Shown here: piece by piece, positions 1-12,767 of the stretch
Numbering within the stretch: position 1 is the stretch's first letter
Layout: each line of letters begins with the position of its first letter
Source of the DNA: Octopus vulgaris
Lineage: Eukaryota
DNA: 64,000 nucleotides
Assembly (NCBI GenBank): GCA_951406725.2
Contig: OX597821.1
Span: 100,626,001-100,690,000, forward strand
Reading direction: 5' to 3'
Made by a program: the position numbers and the translations under genes
Notes under the pieces: model-generated
Told to the model about the DNA's origin: nothing
Seen by the model: only the letters and a program-made list of their open reading frames with translations
Database searches by the model: none

Positions 1-59
1 AACTGCCTGTGTCCGATTAGTATTTGCGAGGGGAGGTCATTGCTCCCATCTCTAGCCTT

Positions 60-905
60 ACGTGATACACACAGACCCGGGTTCCTAACTCTATATCTAT
101 GGAGTATTTTTGTAATTGTGTTTGTAGCTCTAAATTTATTTTCATATTTATTACGAAATTCTCCCTACGATAAATTAAGTAAACAAAGAAATTTGTGGTT
201 TACTACTCACTTTCGAAAATCTTTTTCTGTACCCATCCCTTAATGTCATTCTAACATATCACCCCACCTCACACCTCACACATATTCATTACTTACATTT
301 TTATCTCTTCCTATCCCCTACTCCTCTCCCCCCTCATAATATTTTAACCACTAGCTAACTCTCCTTTTTTCCCTTTCTCAGTTTCTCTTCTTGTTTTCAT
401 TTTCTCCCTCATTCTTTCCTTCTTTTCCATTGACCTCTGTTTTTATTTTAACATACACATCTCTTCTCCCCTCTCTATCCGCTTATTACTACTAATACAT
501 TCTCAAATTTTCATTCACACCACAAGACACCTTTGAATGAACAGCACATGGAATCTACGTCTCTACACTTTCCATTTGTGATGACAAAATATGAACCCCT
601 ATTGGAATTTACATACCACGAACAAGTAGCATTTCTACCACTTCTACACACCACTTTCCTTGGACAATGGAACTGAAACTATAACATTTTTATACACCTT
701 AATTTTTATTTCTACATTCCTTCTCCTGTTTCCCTATATACTCCTTATTTGCTTCCTTTTCCAAAATAACTCATATTGACTTCTAATATTTCCCTCTATT
801 TAACTCTCTCACATCGTCTCTGATGAAAGAGTATGCCAAATATCCCAGAAACAGCTGTAAGACTAACATTCTCTTTATAAATGTACTGAAAATTCAACAC
901 AGCTG
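60..905 (+). mobile_element. Degenerate 3' end of a Penelope-like retroelement (GIY-YIG C-terminus remnant, pyrimidine-rich 3' region, HHR)
   Basis: Frame-shifted translation near 110-230 (CNCVC..KFIF / NSPYDKLSKQRNLWFTTHFRKSF) resembles the PLE C-terminal CxLCxxEK...LNKRxELxxxCxH pattern. It is followed by a long CT-rich tract and a hammerhead at 816-863. Confidence 0.5.
816..863 (+). ncRNA. Minimal type-I hammerhead ribozyme
   Basis: gtct-CTGATGA-(decayed stem II)-GAAA-cagctg-TA-agac. Stem I gtct/agac, palindromic stem III CAGCTG, GUA cleavage triplet. Confidence 0.75.
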
Positions 906-1391
906 CCCATGAGGAAAATCACTCACTGCAATTCACCTGTATTTAGCATCTCTGACTGTTACTCACTCCCGCTGCGTTTGTCGTTACAGTCTCTCCTCTG
1001 TCAGTATGACCGCGTTTTGAAACACATTACGCTGTATTATATAAGATAGCTTGCAAGACAGTATTCATCCTGTTCGAATACGTTCCTTCATTATTTTGTT
1101 CATGCGTGATACTTAAGGACTTTGTTACATTATAATAATGAAAGTCTTTTTAATCCCATATTTTATGACAGTTTTAAAGATTTTGACATTCACAAAAATC
1201 ATTCGAATTATAACACTATTAGAATCTCAAATAAATCAAGAGACTATTATAATCGCCTAATTTACCATAATCACGTAACATATTAGGGTTAGAAAATTTT
1301 CATAATCACACGTGTATCTCAATTACGAAAATAACTCAACAATAATTATAATCAAGGAATCACAAATATCAGAATCTCAATTGTCACAATA

Positions 1392-2602
1392 TTGGTTTCA
1401 AATTTTGGAACGGGGCCAGTAATATTGTAGCGGTGGGTAAGTTGATTACATCGGCCTCAGTGCTCAACAGGCAATTATTTTATTAAGTCAGAACATAAAG
1501 TGGTACGAAAATTTTTATTTTACCCGGCATGCTAAAGATTCTGCCAGTTCGCCGCCTAAATAATCCTTTCTACTAAAGTCACAAGGCCTGAAATTTTGGG
1601 AGCAGGACTAGTTGATTACATCGATCCAAGTGTTTCACTGGTACCTAATTTATCAACCCCGAAAAGATAAAAGGCAATGTCGACCTCAGCGGAATTTGAA
1701 GTCAGAACGAAGCAGCAGACGAAATACTTATTTCTTTACTACCCACAAGGGGCTAAACACAGAGAGGACAAACAAGGACAGACAAACGGATTAAGTCGAT
1801 TACATTGACCGCAGTGCGTAACTGGTACTAATTTAATCGACCCCGAAAGGATGAAAGACAAAGTCGACCTCGGCGGAATTTGAACTCAGAACGTAACGGC
1901 AGACGAAATACCGCTAAGCATGTTGCCCAACGTGCTAACAATCCTGCCAGCTCACCGCCTTAATAATAATCCTTTCTACTGTTAGCACAAGTCCTGAAAT
2001 TTGGGAAAAGGGATTAAGTCGATTGCATCGATTCCAGTACGAAACTGGTACTTATTTAATCGATCCCGAAATGATGAATGGTCAAATCGGATTTGAAGTC
2101 AAAACGCAACGACGTGCGAAATGTCGCGAAGCATTTCGTCTAGCGTGCTAATGATTCTTTTCTACTCTAGGCACAAGGCCTGAAATTTTGGGGGAGGGGG
2201 CCAATCGATTACATCGATACCAGTACGCAACTGGTACTTAATTTATTGACCCCGAAAGGATGAAAGGCAAAGTCGACCTCGACAGAATTTGAACTCAGAA
2301 AGTAAAGACAGACGAAATACCTATTTCTTTACTACCCACAAGGGGCTAAACACAGAGAGGACAAACAAGGACAGACACACGGATTAAGTCGATTATATCG
2401 ACCCCAGTGCGTAACTGGTACTTATTTAATCGACCCCGAAAGGATGAAAGGCAAAGTCGACCTCGGCGGAATTTGAACTCAGAACGTAACAGCAGACGAA
2501 ATACGGCTACGTACTTCGCGCGGCGTGCTAACGTTTCAGCCAGACGAAATACCGCTAGGCATTTCACCCAGCATGCTTACGTTTCTGCCAGCGCGCTACC
2601 TT
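1392..2602 (-). mobile_element. Tandem/nested array of tRNA-derived SINE family B
   Basis: Repeated gacgaaatac...gaatttgaactcagaacg...ggatgaaaggcaaagtcgacc units. B-box-like GAGTTCAAATTCC on the minus strand. Same family as 16506-17072. Confidence 0.85.
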
Positions 2603-2926
2603 ACCACAGTCATCAATACTTAATCACAAATATTCAAAAACGACCAATGCTTATCAGCATTTATTTACGTTGTGAGTTAAGACACCCACTGTGATCAATT
2701 TTGTCTTTCATCTTTTCGAGTTTCCTAAAATAAAGTACCAGTCGATGAAATCATCTAACCTCCACCCTCTTAAAATTATTGGTCTCGCGTCAAATTTGAA
2801 GTATTTATTATAATTACGTAAGTCACATTGACAGAAAAAAAATTATCACAGTTATAGAATTAACAAATTCATAAAAATGATCATATTTAAAAGACATATC
2901 AGTTTCCAATATTATGATTATCAATC

Positions 2927-3382
2927 AAGGCTTGAGCTGGCAGAGTCTTTAGCATGCCGGGTGAAATGCTTAGCAGTATTTTGTCCGCCTTTAAGTTCTG
3001 ACTAGGACATTGCCTTACCTATTTTCGGGATCGATAAAATAAGCACGTCAATCACTGAGGGTGATGAAATCGACTAGAACCACTCCCCTAAAATTTCAGG
3101 CCCTGTGCCTCTAGTGGAAAGGATTATTATAAAAACCAAAACAGAAAATTTACAATTATGACATTTTTCACAATCAAAAACCTGATCACAATAACAAAAT
3201 TTCTCGTAGACACAGAAACTCTCTCAATCGCGGAAATTATTAGAAATCGTACGTGAAATCGTTCCATGCATAGAATTGGTAACATTAATGTGTCACTGAA
3301 AGAGAAATATATTCTCAATATCGAAATAATAAAAGTAAATGTAATATTGAAATCATAGAAATATCTAAGAGAACGAAATACA

Positions 3383-3455
<73 letters not shown>

Positions 3456-3850
3456 TACGTCGACCCCAGTACTCAATTGCTACTAATTTTATTGACCCTG
3501 AAAGAATGAAAGGCAAAGTCGACCCCGACAGTATTTGAACTCAGGACGTAAAGTCGGGAGAAATACTTCTAAACATTTTGTCCGGCGCGGCAACGATTCT
3601 GCCAGATCACCGCTTCAATGTCATTAAATCTTGGTTTCAAATTTTTGTACAAAGCCAGTAATTTTGGAGGAAGGAGTAAGTCGATTACATCGACCCCCCA
3701 GTGTTCAACTGGTATTTATTTTATCCATCCCGAAAGGATGAAAGGTAAAGTCGATCTCTGCGGAATTTCAACTCAGAACATAAGACGGACGAAATGCTGC
3801 TAAGTATTTTGACCAGAGTGCAAAATGAACTTGCCAGCTTGCTGTCTTAA
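2927..3850. mobile_element. Further SINE family B copies (plus 2927-3125; minus about 3450-3850) around a (CA)n(TA)n microsatellite
   Basis: Same head (gagctggcaga...ttagcatgccgg) and core as the other B copies. Confidence 0.75.
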
Positions 3851-3861
3851 TGCCGCTAAAT

Positions 3862-4199
3862 TGAGTTGTTGAGACCCCCTTCGGTCATGACTGACCGTGG
3901 GATTGCACCTAGAAAGTTATCCTCCCAGGCACAAGTCCGGGCAAGGTTGTTTATGGAAGACCAACAGTCGCCCATGCATACCGGCCTCCCCTCTCCACGC
4001 CACCAGTGTTTTCCAAGGGAAAGGCAAAGACCGATACAGCTTGGCACCTGTGACGTCGCAACTCATTTCTATAACTGAGTGAACTGGAGCAACGTGAAAT
4101 AAAGTGTCTTGCTCAAGAACACAACACGCAGCCCGGTCTGGGATTCGAACTCACAACCTCGCGATCGTTAACTCGACGCTCTAACCACTGAGCCATGCC
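3862..4199 (-). mobile_element. tRNA-derived SINE family D, full length with TSD
   Basis: Minus-strand head TGGCTCAGTGGTTAGAGCG...GAGTTCGAATCCC, then gtgttgtgttcttgagcaagacactt. Flanked by atgcc(g/a)ctaaat direct repeats. Confidence 0.85.
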
Positions 4200-4877
4200 A
4201 CTAAATATCACCGTATTATCTATTATAAATTCTTACTTTTACTTGGAATAAAAGAATATATTATTTAGGCTCTCAATACTAAACATCCATATGAAAATAA
4301 ACACAGTTATAACTACAGCTTCAACTGCTACTATGATTACATTTACTACTGCAACCACTAATAATATTTGTATTACCATCACAGCTATTATTACTACGAC
4401 TTATTACTTTCACCATTACGACGACTACTGCCGATATTTCATCTGCTACTGGGCAAGCCTGAGTAAATGACAAACAATGATTAAATTATCACATATTGTG
4501 ATAAAAACAAAATATAATTAGAGAAACGATTGTATTGATTTCGTGTCAAAAACTTTGAGTGTTTTTCTCAGACACGACATGAGGCAAATTGGGGTGATCG
4601 TAGAGCGCTATGTCTTTGTGATTCTATAGGAGAGGAAGAAAAAAAAACAATGGTTTAATACATCTTGTCGCTGCGCCCTGCTCAAGGATATATACACACA
4701 GAAATGTATATATATATATACGAACACAAATGTACAGACACACTGACGCACACATGCATGCATGTATGTACATGTGTGTCTGCGCACACATGCGCACACA
4801 CTAGCACATACATGTGTCCATGCCAATATATATTTTTTAATTATATGAAAAAATATATAAACATATATATGTGCATG

Positions 4878-4931
<54 letters not shown>

Positions 4932-5206
4932 TTTTTGTATGTGGGTATGTTTTTATATATAGATATGTATGTATATGTATCATGCACACAAATTAATATA
5001 GAAGTTGAGTTTATGGAAATGTGTGCAAGAGTCAGCACGCGCACATGTGTGTGTGGGTGAATGTGAAGGAGAGAGAGAGAGAATGTGAGAGAGAGCATGT
5101 GAGAGAGAGGGAGAGAGTATGTATGTGTAGATGTGTATGTGTGCGTTTATGTATATCTATTAACCTTTCTGTCAGTGTTCCTGCCTCCGTTGTACACACA
5201 CATACG

Positions 5207-5265
<59 letters not shown>

Positions 5266-5881
5266 GGTTTGTGTGTATGTATAGGTGTGTGTGGATATAT
5301 ACATATGTAGTATTCAAAATGAATACGAATATTCAAACTTGAAATTATGCATATTCCTTCGGGAAGATATGAGAATAAATCTTATAAAGGTTAACTTGTT
5401 TGGTTTCAAACATTCAAATAAACACGCAGCACCGCAAAAACATTAGTACACACAGGCACAAACGGTTACACGTTTATGTGTATACGTGTGTGTTTGTAAG
5501 TCTATGTCAGTATTTATATATATGAATATATTCATATGTAACTATTTTGAATATCACACACACATACAAGATACACGCGTGCATGTATGTGAGTGTATAT
5601 ACAGATAGTATAAATACTAGACATCACCAACGAGTGAAAATGCGTAAACACGTGAGAGAGATGTACAGGACAAAATATCAAAAGAAGGTAACTTCTCATC
5701 AGTTGTTGAACTGTTTATTACTCCTATTTCGTGCTTTTAACGACAACATAGGGAACTTCATAAAGCAGCAGCATCCAGAAATTTTAGAAATATAAAATTC
5801 AGAGTGGACATACAGAATAAACAATCAACATAGAGAAATATTAAGGGCCGTTCCGCCAAGACAAATTGTAATGAGTAACGC

Positions 5882-6345
5882 CCTGGTGCGATGAATAAAT
5901 TGTCGTCTAAATTATGCAAAAATTAAAATAACACTGACATCTCATTCTAACGGATATATTTACCAAAATTATATGAAAATATCTTGAAATACTAAAGAGT
6001 AAATTTACTCAATGAAATCGCCGTTGGCTTCGACCGCGGCTTCCAGATGACTTCGGAATCTCCTGCAACTCTTCAGGACGGTCTCCTTGTTTAAGTTGGT
6101 GAATACTGGATCTCCTGCTTGTGTAAATGACTGGGTTCTCCTGCTTGTATGGTGAATGAGCAGGAGTTGGTGAATGACTGGATTCTCCTGCTAGTGTGTC
6201 ATGGCGCAGAGTCCTGTTGCGAGACACAGGGTCTTCCAGCAGCCACCCTGTTGGCCCAGGGAAGCGCTACCTCCTTCAGGCACTTGATGTAGGCCTCCGT
6301 GTTGAGTCTGAGGCTGTGTGGGTAGATGGAACAAAAACGCAATTG
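5882..6345 (-). mobile_element. Deleted Tc1/mariner-superfamily (maT/DD37D-like) transposase remnant with one terminus
   Basis: LRLNTEAYIKCLKEVALPW..RVAAGRP..QQDSAP (second catalytic Asp region) and C-terminal CRRFRSHLEAAVEANGDFIE*. TIR-like cctggtgcgatg at about 5882. Confidence 0.75.
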
Positions 6346-6585
6346 AGGACGATGAAACATTCGGACAGACAGACGATACAAAGGCGGACAGAAGAAACAA
6401 TAATTAGAAGCACAGGGAAGAAAAGACGAGTCATTCGTGGCCTTCTTTCGCCAGTCAAGTTACCAGTAGTCCTTACTGTTTCGGGCAGTTACACTTGAGA
6501 CAATTCGATCTGGTTGCCCCCAAAAAGTCTAAGCTAAAAGCATTACATTTTTTGTAAGAAAGCTAGCAAATGCGTACGGTATAAC

Positions 6586-6650
<65 letters not shown>

Positions 6651-6715
6651 CACATACATACATACAGACACACACACACATACACACACACATATATATA
6701 TATATATACATAAAC

Positions 6716-6814
<99 letters not shown>

Positions 6815-7207
6815 TCTTTATTGGTACTGTTTTTTTTCTTCTAATTTGTATTGCTTTTAGGTCCTGTTCTTGTCACTTTTTTTACCCCTCTGCAAAAGAA
6901 TTTTATTTACTTCATTTTGCAGGAAGGACCGCTTCGGCCGGATTGTGTTCTGCACTTACCTTCGAAACACGCATTGAGTCGAAACAGGGGCAGCTGATGA
7001 AGGGGAATATTCCTTGTATTGTTTGTCTTGTACTCTGTTTTTTCGTTGTTAAAAAAGTCCGTTTCCTTGTTTGATTTTATGTTTTCGTTTCTCGTTGTGT
7101 TCTACGTTTATTTGTGGTGTCCTGTACTCATATATGCATGTATATATACATATAGATGTAGGTATGTACATATATGTATGTATGTATGCATATGTTTTAT
7201 TTATTAA

Positions 7208-7264
<57 letters not shown>

Positions 7265-7363
7265 TACATATTAGAGGGAAACCACTATGTGGACACCCTT
7301 ATGCTAGAAATAGATCCACTATGGGCTTACCACTAAGAAATGTTCTCGCCCTCATTTTAAATC

Positions 7364-7423
<60 letters not shown>

Positions 7424-7455
7424 TATATATACATACATATACATACGTATATCTA

Positions 7456-7502
<47 letters not shown>

Positions 7503-9219
7503 GCATGCATATATGTATATATGTTTATATTGACAAATAAGTTTTGACAAGATGTTTCATGATGGCAAGGTCTTTGTTAACTATTACTGCGCCTTCTGCC
7601 TACTCTCAATATCTAACCAAGATCACGTGGCTAATTCACACACTCACACACACACACACACACACATACACATACACACAGACACACACAAACACACACA
7701 TCCCACCTCAAAAAAACACGTGCATACACACAATTCCCCCACCTCCCAAACACACACACATTTTTTTCACACAAGAATACGTTCGTTAAACTTGGTCAGC
7801 CAACGATTTGATGTGACATTGTGATGCGGAGGATGAAACTCAAATAATTCCATTGTCAGAGAATCTTATTTAAACGCCCATAAGCTGATATTTTGGCCTC
7901 TGTTATCTTATTATGTTTTGACATAATTACATATGAAATTCTTTGGTCATGTATTTACGACTTGGCCACTGATACCCACGCCATTTTTTTTTCCTGTCAG
8001 GAGTCAATGTTGATTGTTCACCTCGTTTTCATAATGCTTGCCTCGTTCTCAAATCTTAACAGCCTCTTTTCTTCTAGGATGGTGTTGTCATTAGCTTATC
8101 TTCAATTTTTCTTCTGTAAATTTTTGTCTTTTATCATTTCTTCTTGTTTCTTTTTCTTTTTTATTATTTTTTTATTTTATCGCTATTTGGTACTTGCTTC
8201 TTTTCTTTTGTTCCTGAACATGATTATAAAGTATAGCCATTTCCAAAGACATTATTGAATGTCTGGAGTGCAAGATTAAGTGGAAGAGTGAAAAATTATA
8301 AAAGTGAGATAGTGACGGCTGAGAAAATTTTATAAGGGGAAAGCTAAAATATATTCAACACTTTGACCAAAATCAAACAAGACATCGTTCTAACAAGAAC
8401 AGGAACAATAACAAAATGATAAAAGCAAAGCTAGGAAAAGGAAACGAAAATGGTGGACTGGAGGAAAAAAAATGGAGGAAAATATCAAGAATGAAAACGA
8501 GATATGCTAATGACATTGTCATTGTAGTAAAGAGAAAGAATATTGGGAATGAAACGTTAGAATGAAACTATGACTGATGTACAGTAAAACTGATATACAT
8601 AGAAATAGAGTATCAAGAAACAGTAGCGTAAATTGATAGTAAGTCGCTTGAGACCACTCTTGGATCTATGATGCAAATTTCTTGTTTAAAGAGATCTAAA
8701 TTAAAATCTCCCATCAAAATTTCACGTTAATTTCTTTTCGAGACACTGGTTTAGTAATAATAAACTTGTTTTACTAAATTCTCCGATATTTTCAAAATTA
8801 ATTGAAGCGTATGCAATGTATTTCAACAGAAATTTTCTAACGAGATGGTTAATGTGATCTGTATTAAACACGTCATTCAACATTCCGCGCTAATTTAGGT
8901 TCGAAACACTAGCTTAATAACTGCAAAGTTTGTTTTTTTTTTACTAAGTTCTTCGTTATTTTCAAAATTAATTGATACACAGGCAATGTATTTCAACAGA
9001 AATATAATTGCAAAATGGAAAGGATTAAAACGAACACATAATAGGCGCAGGCATGGCTGTCTGGTAAGGAGGTTGCTTCCCACCCACAGGATTATTGGTT
9101 CAGTCCACAGCGTGGCACCTTGGGCAAGTGTCTTCTACTATAGTCTCGGGCCCACCAAAACCTAGTGAGTGAATTTGATAGACGGAAATTGAAAAAGTTC
9201 ATTGTATATATATATATAT

Positions 9220-9264
<45 letters not shown>

Positions 9265-9326
9265 ATAAAACGGTAAGATAACAAAAGAAAGAAAGAGACC
9301 TCAATATTATGTAAATAGAGGAAATT

Positions 9327-9519
9327 TATCTATACAATATGTTACATTACTCGGTAGTCAAGATAAAACTCTGAGTTTCAGATGCCGAAGTGGAAATCCA
9401 CAACACCATCTCTTCGGTTATCTGGCTAGATAACCGAAGAGATGGTGTTGTGGATTTCCACTTCGGCATCTGAAACTCAGAGTTTTATCTTGACTACCGA
9501 GTAATGTAACATATTGTAT

Positions 9520-9524
<5 letters not shown>
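9327..9524. repeat. 198-bp palindrome (two perfect 97-bp arms, 4-nt GGCT centre), each arm carrying a hammerhead
   Basis: 9327-9423 is the reverse complement of 9428-9524. Confidence 0.95.
9429..9489 (+). ncRNA. Type-I hammerhead-like motif with CCGAAGA core (mirror copy on minus strand 9362-9422)
   Basis: gataa-CCGAAGA-gatg...catc-t-GAAA-ctcagag-TT-ttatc. Stems I and II pair; stem III has a 1-nt loop (dimer-type). Confidence 0.65.
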
Positions 9525-9563
<39 letters not shown>

Positions 9564-9789
9564 CTGTGTGTGTATGTGTGTGGGTGTGTGGGTGTCTTTG
9601 TGTATATGTTTGGGCCCCACCACCACTTGACAAGCGCTGTCGGTGTGTTTACATCCAAGTATCTTAGTGATTCGGCCTAAGCGACCGAAAGAAAATGTAC
9701 CAAGCGTTATAAAAAATAAGTACTGCAGTCGATGATGCAGTTCTATATTTAAGAGATGAGGAATTATGCACATTATTTACATTATTTTT

Positions 9790-10207
9790 TTACTCTTTTA
9801 CTTGTTTCAGTCATTTGACTGCGGCCAAGCTGGAGCACCGCCTTTAGTCGAGCAAATCGACCTCAGGACTTATTCTTTGTAAGCCTAGTACTTACTCTAT
9901 CGGTCTCTTTTGCCGAAACGCTAAGTTACGGGGACGTAAACACACCACCACCGGTTGTCAAGTGATGTTGTGAGGGGGGGAACAAACACAGACGCACAAA
10001 CACACACACACACATATATATATATATACATATACATATATACGATGGACTTCTTTCAGTTTCGGTCTACCAAATCCACTCACAAGGCTTTGGTTGGCCC
10101 GAGACTATAGTAGAAGACACTTGCTCGAGGTGCCACGCAGTGGGGCTTAACCCGGAACCATGTGGTTGGTAAGCAAGCTACTTACCACACAGCCACTCCT
10201 GCGCCTA
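9790..10207 (-). mobile_element. SINE family A, full length, nested in the HHR element
   Basis: Reverse complement of 12347-12767 from head to the gaaacaagtaaaagag tail. Confidence 0.9.
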
Positions 10208-10368
10208 TAATTACATTTGATGGATATTTGTCCTCATCTTGTTTATTGCTAACACAACTTTTCGGCTGATATACTCTCCAGCCTTCTTCAGGTATCTTGG
10301 AGAAATTTCGAATCTGGGTTCTCATTCCTGAGGTATTTTTTGATGTTGTTATTATTATTATTATTATT

Positions 10369-10403
<35 letters not shown>

Positions 10404-10404
10404 T

Positions 10405-10498
<94 letters not shown>

Positions 10499-10706
10499 TC
10501 ACTACCTGTAATTGAACTCGGAATCTTGGGGTTAGTAGCCCGCACTCTTATCCACAACACCCACCGGCATATGGCGTAGTTAAGAATGCGGGCTACTAAC
10601 CCGAAGATTCCGAGTTCGATTCCAAGCAGTGACCTGAACACTAACAATAATAATAACATCGAAAAATACCATAGGAATGAGAACTCAGGTTCGAAATTTC
10701 CCCAAG

Positions 10707-10750
10707 ACACCTGATGAAGGCTGGAGGGTATGTCAGCGGAAACGTTGTGT
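10707..10750 (+). ncRNA. Minimal type-I hammerhead ribozyme (mirror copy on minus strand 10252-10295)
   Basis: acac-CTGATGA-a-ggctg...cagcg-GAAA-cg-TT-gtgt. The mirror copy has CTGAAGA and an intact ggctg/cagcc stem II. Confidence 0.8.
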
Positions 10751-10996
10751 TAACATCAAACAAGATGATGACAAATATCCGTCAAGTGTAAATAATGTAA
10801 ATAATGTGCAATCGATAAGTTCAACTAAAATTCTTCAAGGTGGTGTCCCAGCATGGCCTCAGTCTAAGGTAAGTAAAAGATAAACGGTAATAGCAGTTGT
10901 ATTTGTCTACCAAATGACCTAAAGTATTAACGGACTGTACACGGTAATATACTTATATTTTTGACAAACGGTGGAAAAATCCGAGTTGTACATATT

Positions 10997-11535
10997 TAAT
11001 CTGTTAGCATCCAGTTTACTCAGTCAAATGTTGCTGTTCTTTGTTCCTTCTGAAGCCATGCATGGCTTTTAAGGGCCAGTTTCCCGGTTTCATTGGTGTA
11101 TAGGTCCCCACCTGGACGGGACGTCGGTCTGTCGCAGGTGAGCTGCAGGAGGAAAGAGTGAGAGAAAGTTGTGGCGAAAGAGTTAGCAGAAGTTCGCCAT
11201 TACCTTTTGCCAGAGCCGCATGGAGCTTAGGTGTTTCGCTCATAAACATACACATCGCCCGGTCTGAGATTTGAACCCACGATCCCTCGACCGCGACTCC
11301 GCTGCTCTAACCACTAGGCCATATGCCTCCACAGTCAAATGTAATACTTCTTTATTCACATTGAATTAATTTAACCATGCACTGTCATCGTAGCTTCAAT
11401 ATTTCGATGATGTGATTGTTTACTTCTAGAATGGCATTGTAGGATAGGTGTGAGGGACCAAATCTGGGCAGTTTCAACATAAAACAGGCAAAGTATTTGG
11501 GAAAGATATGGTGGGTTTAAATACCAAAGGGTTAA
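10997..11535. mobile_element. TTAA-flanked MITE (piggyBac-like ends) with a nested SINE
   Basis: ttaatctgttagcat at the left and ataccaaagggttaa at the right are decayed inverted ends with TTAA. Confidence 0.45.
11032..11331 (-). mobile_element. tRNA-derived SINE family C variant with 11-bp TSD
   Basis: Head gtggaggcatatggcctagtggttagagc...gggttcaaatctc. TSD cagtcaaatgt at 11021-11031 and 11332-11342. Confidence 0.88.
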
Positions 11536-11649
11536 CAACATTTCAGACACACTCAATTACATCGTCGAGAACACTGGAAACAGTCGTGGTTGGTTTTTAA
11601 GATTCACAGATTTTGTGATCTTCACTTTTGTTTTATATTGTAAGAAATA

Positions 11650-11850
11650 TTTCGTTTTTGGATTTGGTTTGCAAGATTCTTTATATGAGTTCGTGTGTTG
11701 AAACATATTCTGTTGTGTCTAGGGAGAGTCATTTTCTTTTTGCGCCTTATAATTTAACACACTCACCGGTAAAATTTCCACTTATTTCTTATTTTTATTT
11801 TCCTAAAATTTTCGTTGCGTCTTGGAACCTTTTCAGTTGTCAAGACTATT
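11650..11850. repeat. Interspersed repeat, near-identical copy at about 56781-56965
   Basis: ttggatttggtttgcaagattctttatatgag...cctaaaattttcgttgcgtcttg is shared by both loci. Confidence 0.85.
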
Positions 11851-12346
11851 GAAATAGTGTTATATATAAGGTCGTAGACTGGTTCAACTTCACCACCTGC
11901 TATGTTGAGTATCTTTAGTGGGGTCCACTCGCTTGCATTCATTCAGGCAAGGTTTTGGTTCGAGAATAACTTCCTCACTCTGTCTCATCAGCCTCGGAAG
12001 CTCAATAGGAGGTCATAGGTATTGCTTTCCTCCTAAGCAAAAGATAAAAAAAAACTCCCCATATAATTGATTATATTATAATATTGGTATTAGTGAAGGT
12101 GCATGACCGAGTAGCTAGGCTGTTGCATTCACTATCACAAGGTCGTGGTTTCGACTCCCAGGACGGCGGTGTGTTGTGTTTTTGAGCAAAACACTGTAAA
12201 TTGGTAACCCTGCGACGGACTGTCGTTCAGTTCGGAGCACCGGAGAGAATGGGGGCTTGCCTGCTTGCCTAGCTAACGGGGTGGCAGCATTCGAAAGCTA
12301 CAAAGCCAGGAAGCGCATTGTGACCAGCAATGTATAACAACTTCCC

Positions 12347-12767
12347 CAGGAGTGGCTGTGTGGTAAGTAGCTTGCTTACCAACCACATGGTTCCGGATTC
12401 AGTCCCACTGCGTAGCATCTTGGGCAAGTATTTTCTACTATAGCCTTGGGCCAACCAAAGCCTTGTGAGTGGATTTGGTAGACGGAAACTGAAAGAAGCC
12501 TGTCGTATATATGTATAAATATATATGCCTGTGTGTATGTGTGTGTGTGTGTATGTTTGTGTGTCTGTGTTTGTCCCACCAACATCGCTTGGCAACCGAT
12601 GGTGGTGTGTTTACGTCCCCGTAACTTAGCGGTTCGGCAAAAGAGATCGATAGAATAAGTGCTAGGCTTACAAAGAATAAATCTTGGGGTCGATTTGCTC
12701 GACTAAAGGCAGTGCTCCAGCATGGCCGCAGTCAAATGACTGAAACAAGTAAAAGAGAAAGAGAAAG
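12347..12767 (+). mobile_element. SINE family A, full length
   Basis: tRNA-like head, CORE-like cttgggcaagt segment, internal TA/TG microsatellite, tail ending gaaacaagtaaaagag. At least 12 copies occur in the window. Confidence 0.9.

Larger units (their letters stand above)
9043..9745 (+). mobile_element. tRNA-derived SINE family A, interrupted in its internal (TA)n by the HHR palindrome; its tail resumes at about 10811
   Basis: ggcgcaggcatggctgtctggtaag...gtggcaccttgggcaagtg head, matching the full copy at 12347-12767. Confidence 0.75.
9752..10810. mobile_element. Head-to-head inverted pair of a tRNA-headed, (AAT)n-linker, HHR-tailed short element
   Basis: The right arm (10570-10810, +) and left arm (9752-10565, -) are reverse complements; the left arm is split by a SINE A at 9790-10207. 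tRNA-like A/B boxes lie at the centre, with an HHR in each arm. Confidence 0.85.

Noticed and set aside
7860-8540. RTE-like LINE remnant (RYANDIVIV at about 8500)
   Set aside because: Only one short motif in heavily decayed sequence, insufficient to delimit or classify.
11795-11855. Hammerhead in the 11650-11850 repeat (minus strand CTGAAAA...GAAA)
   Set aside because: The core lacks G8 and stem I does not pair. It may be a decayed relative but cannot be supported.
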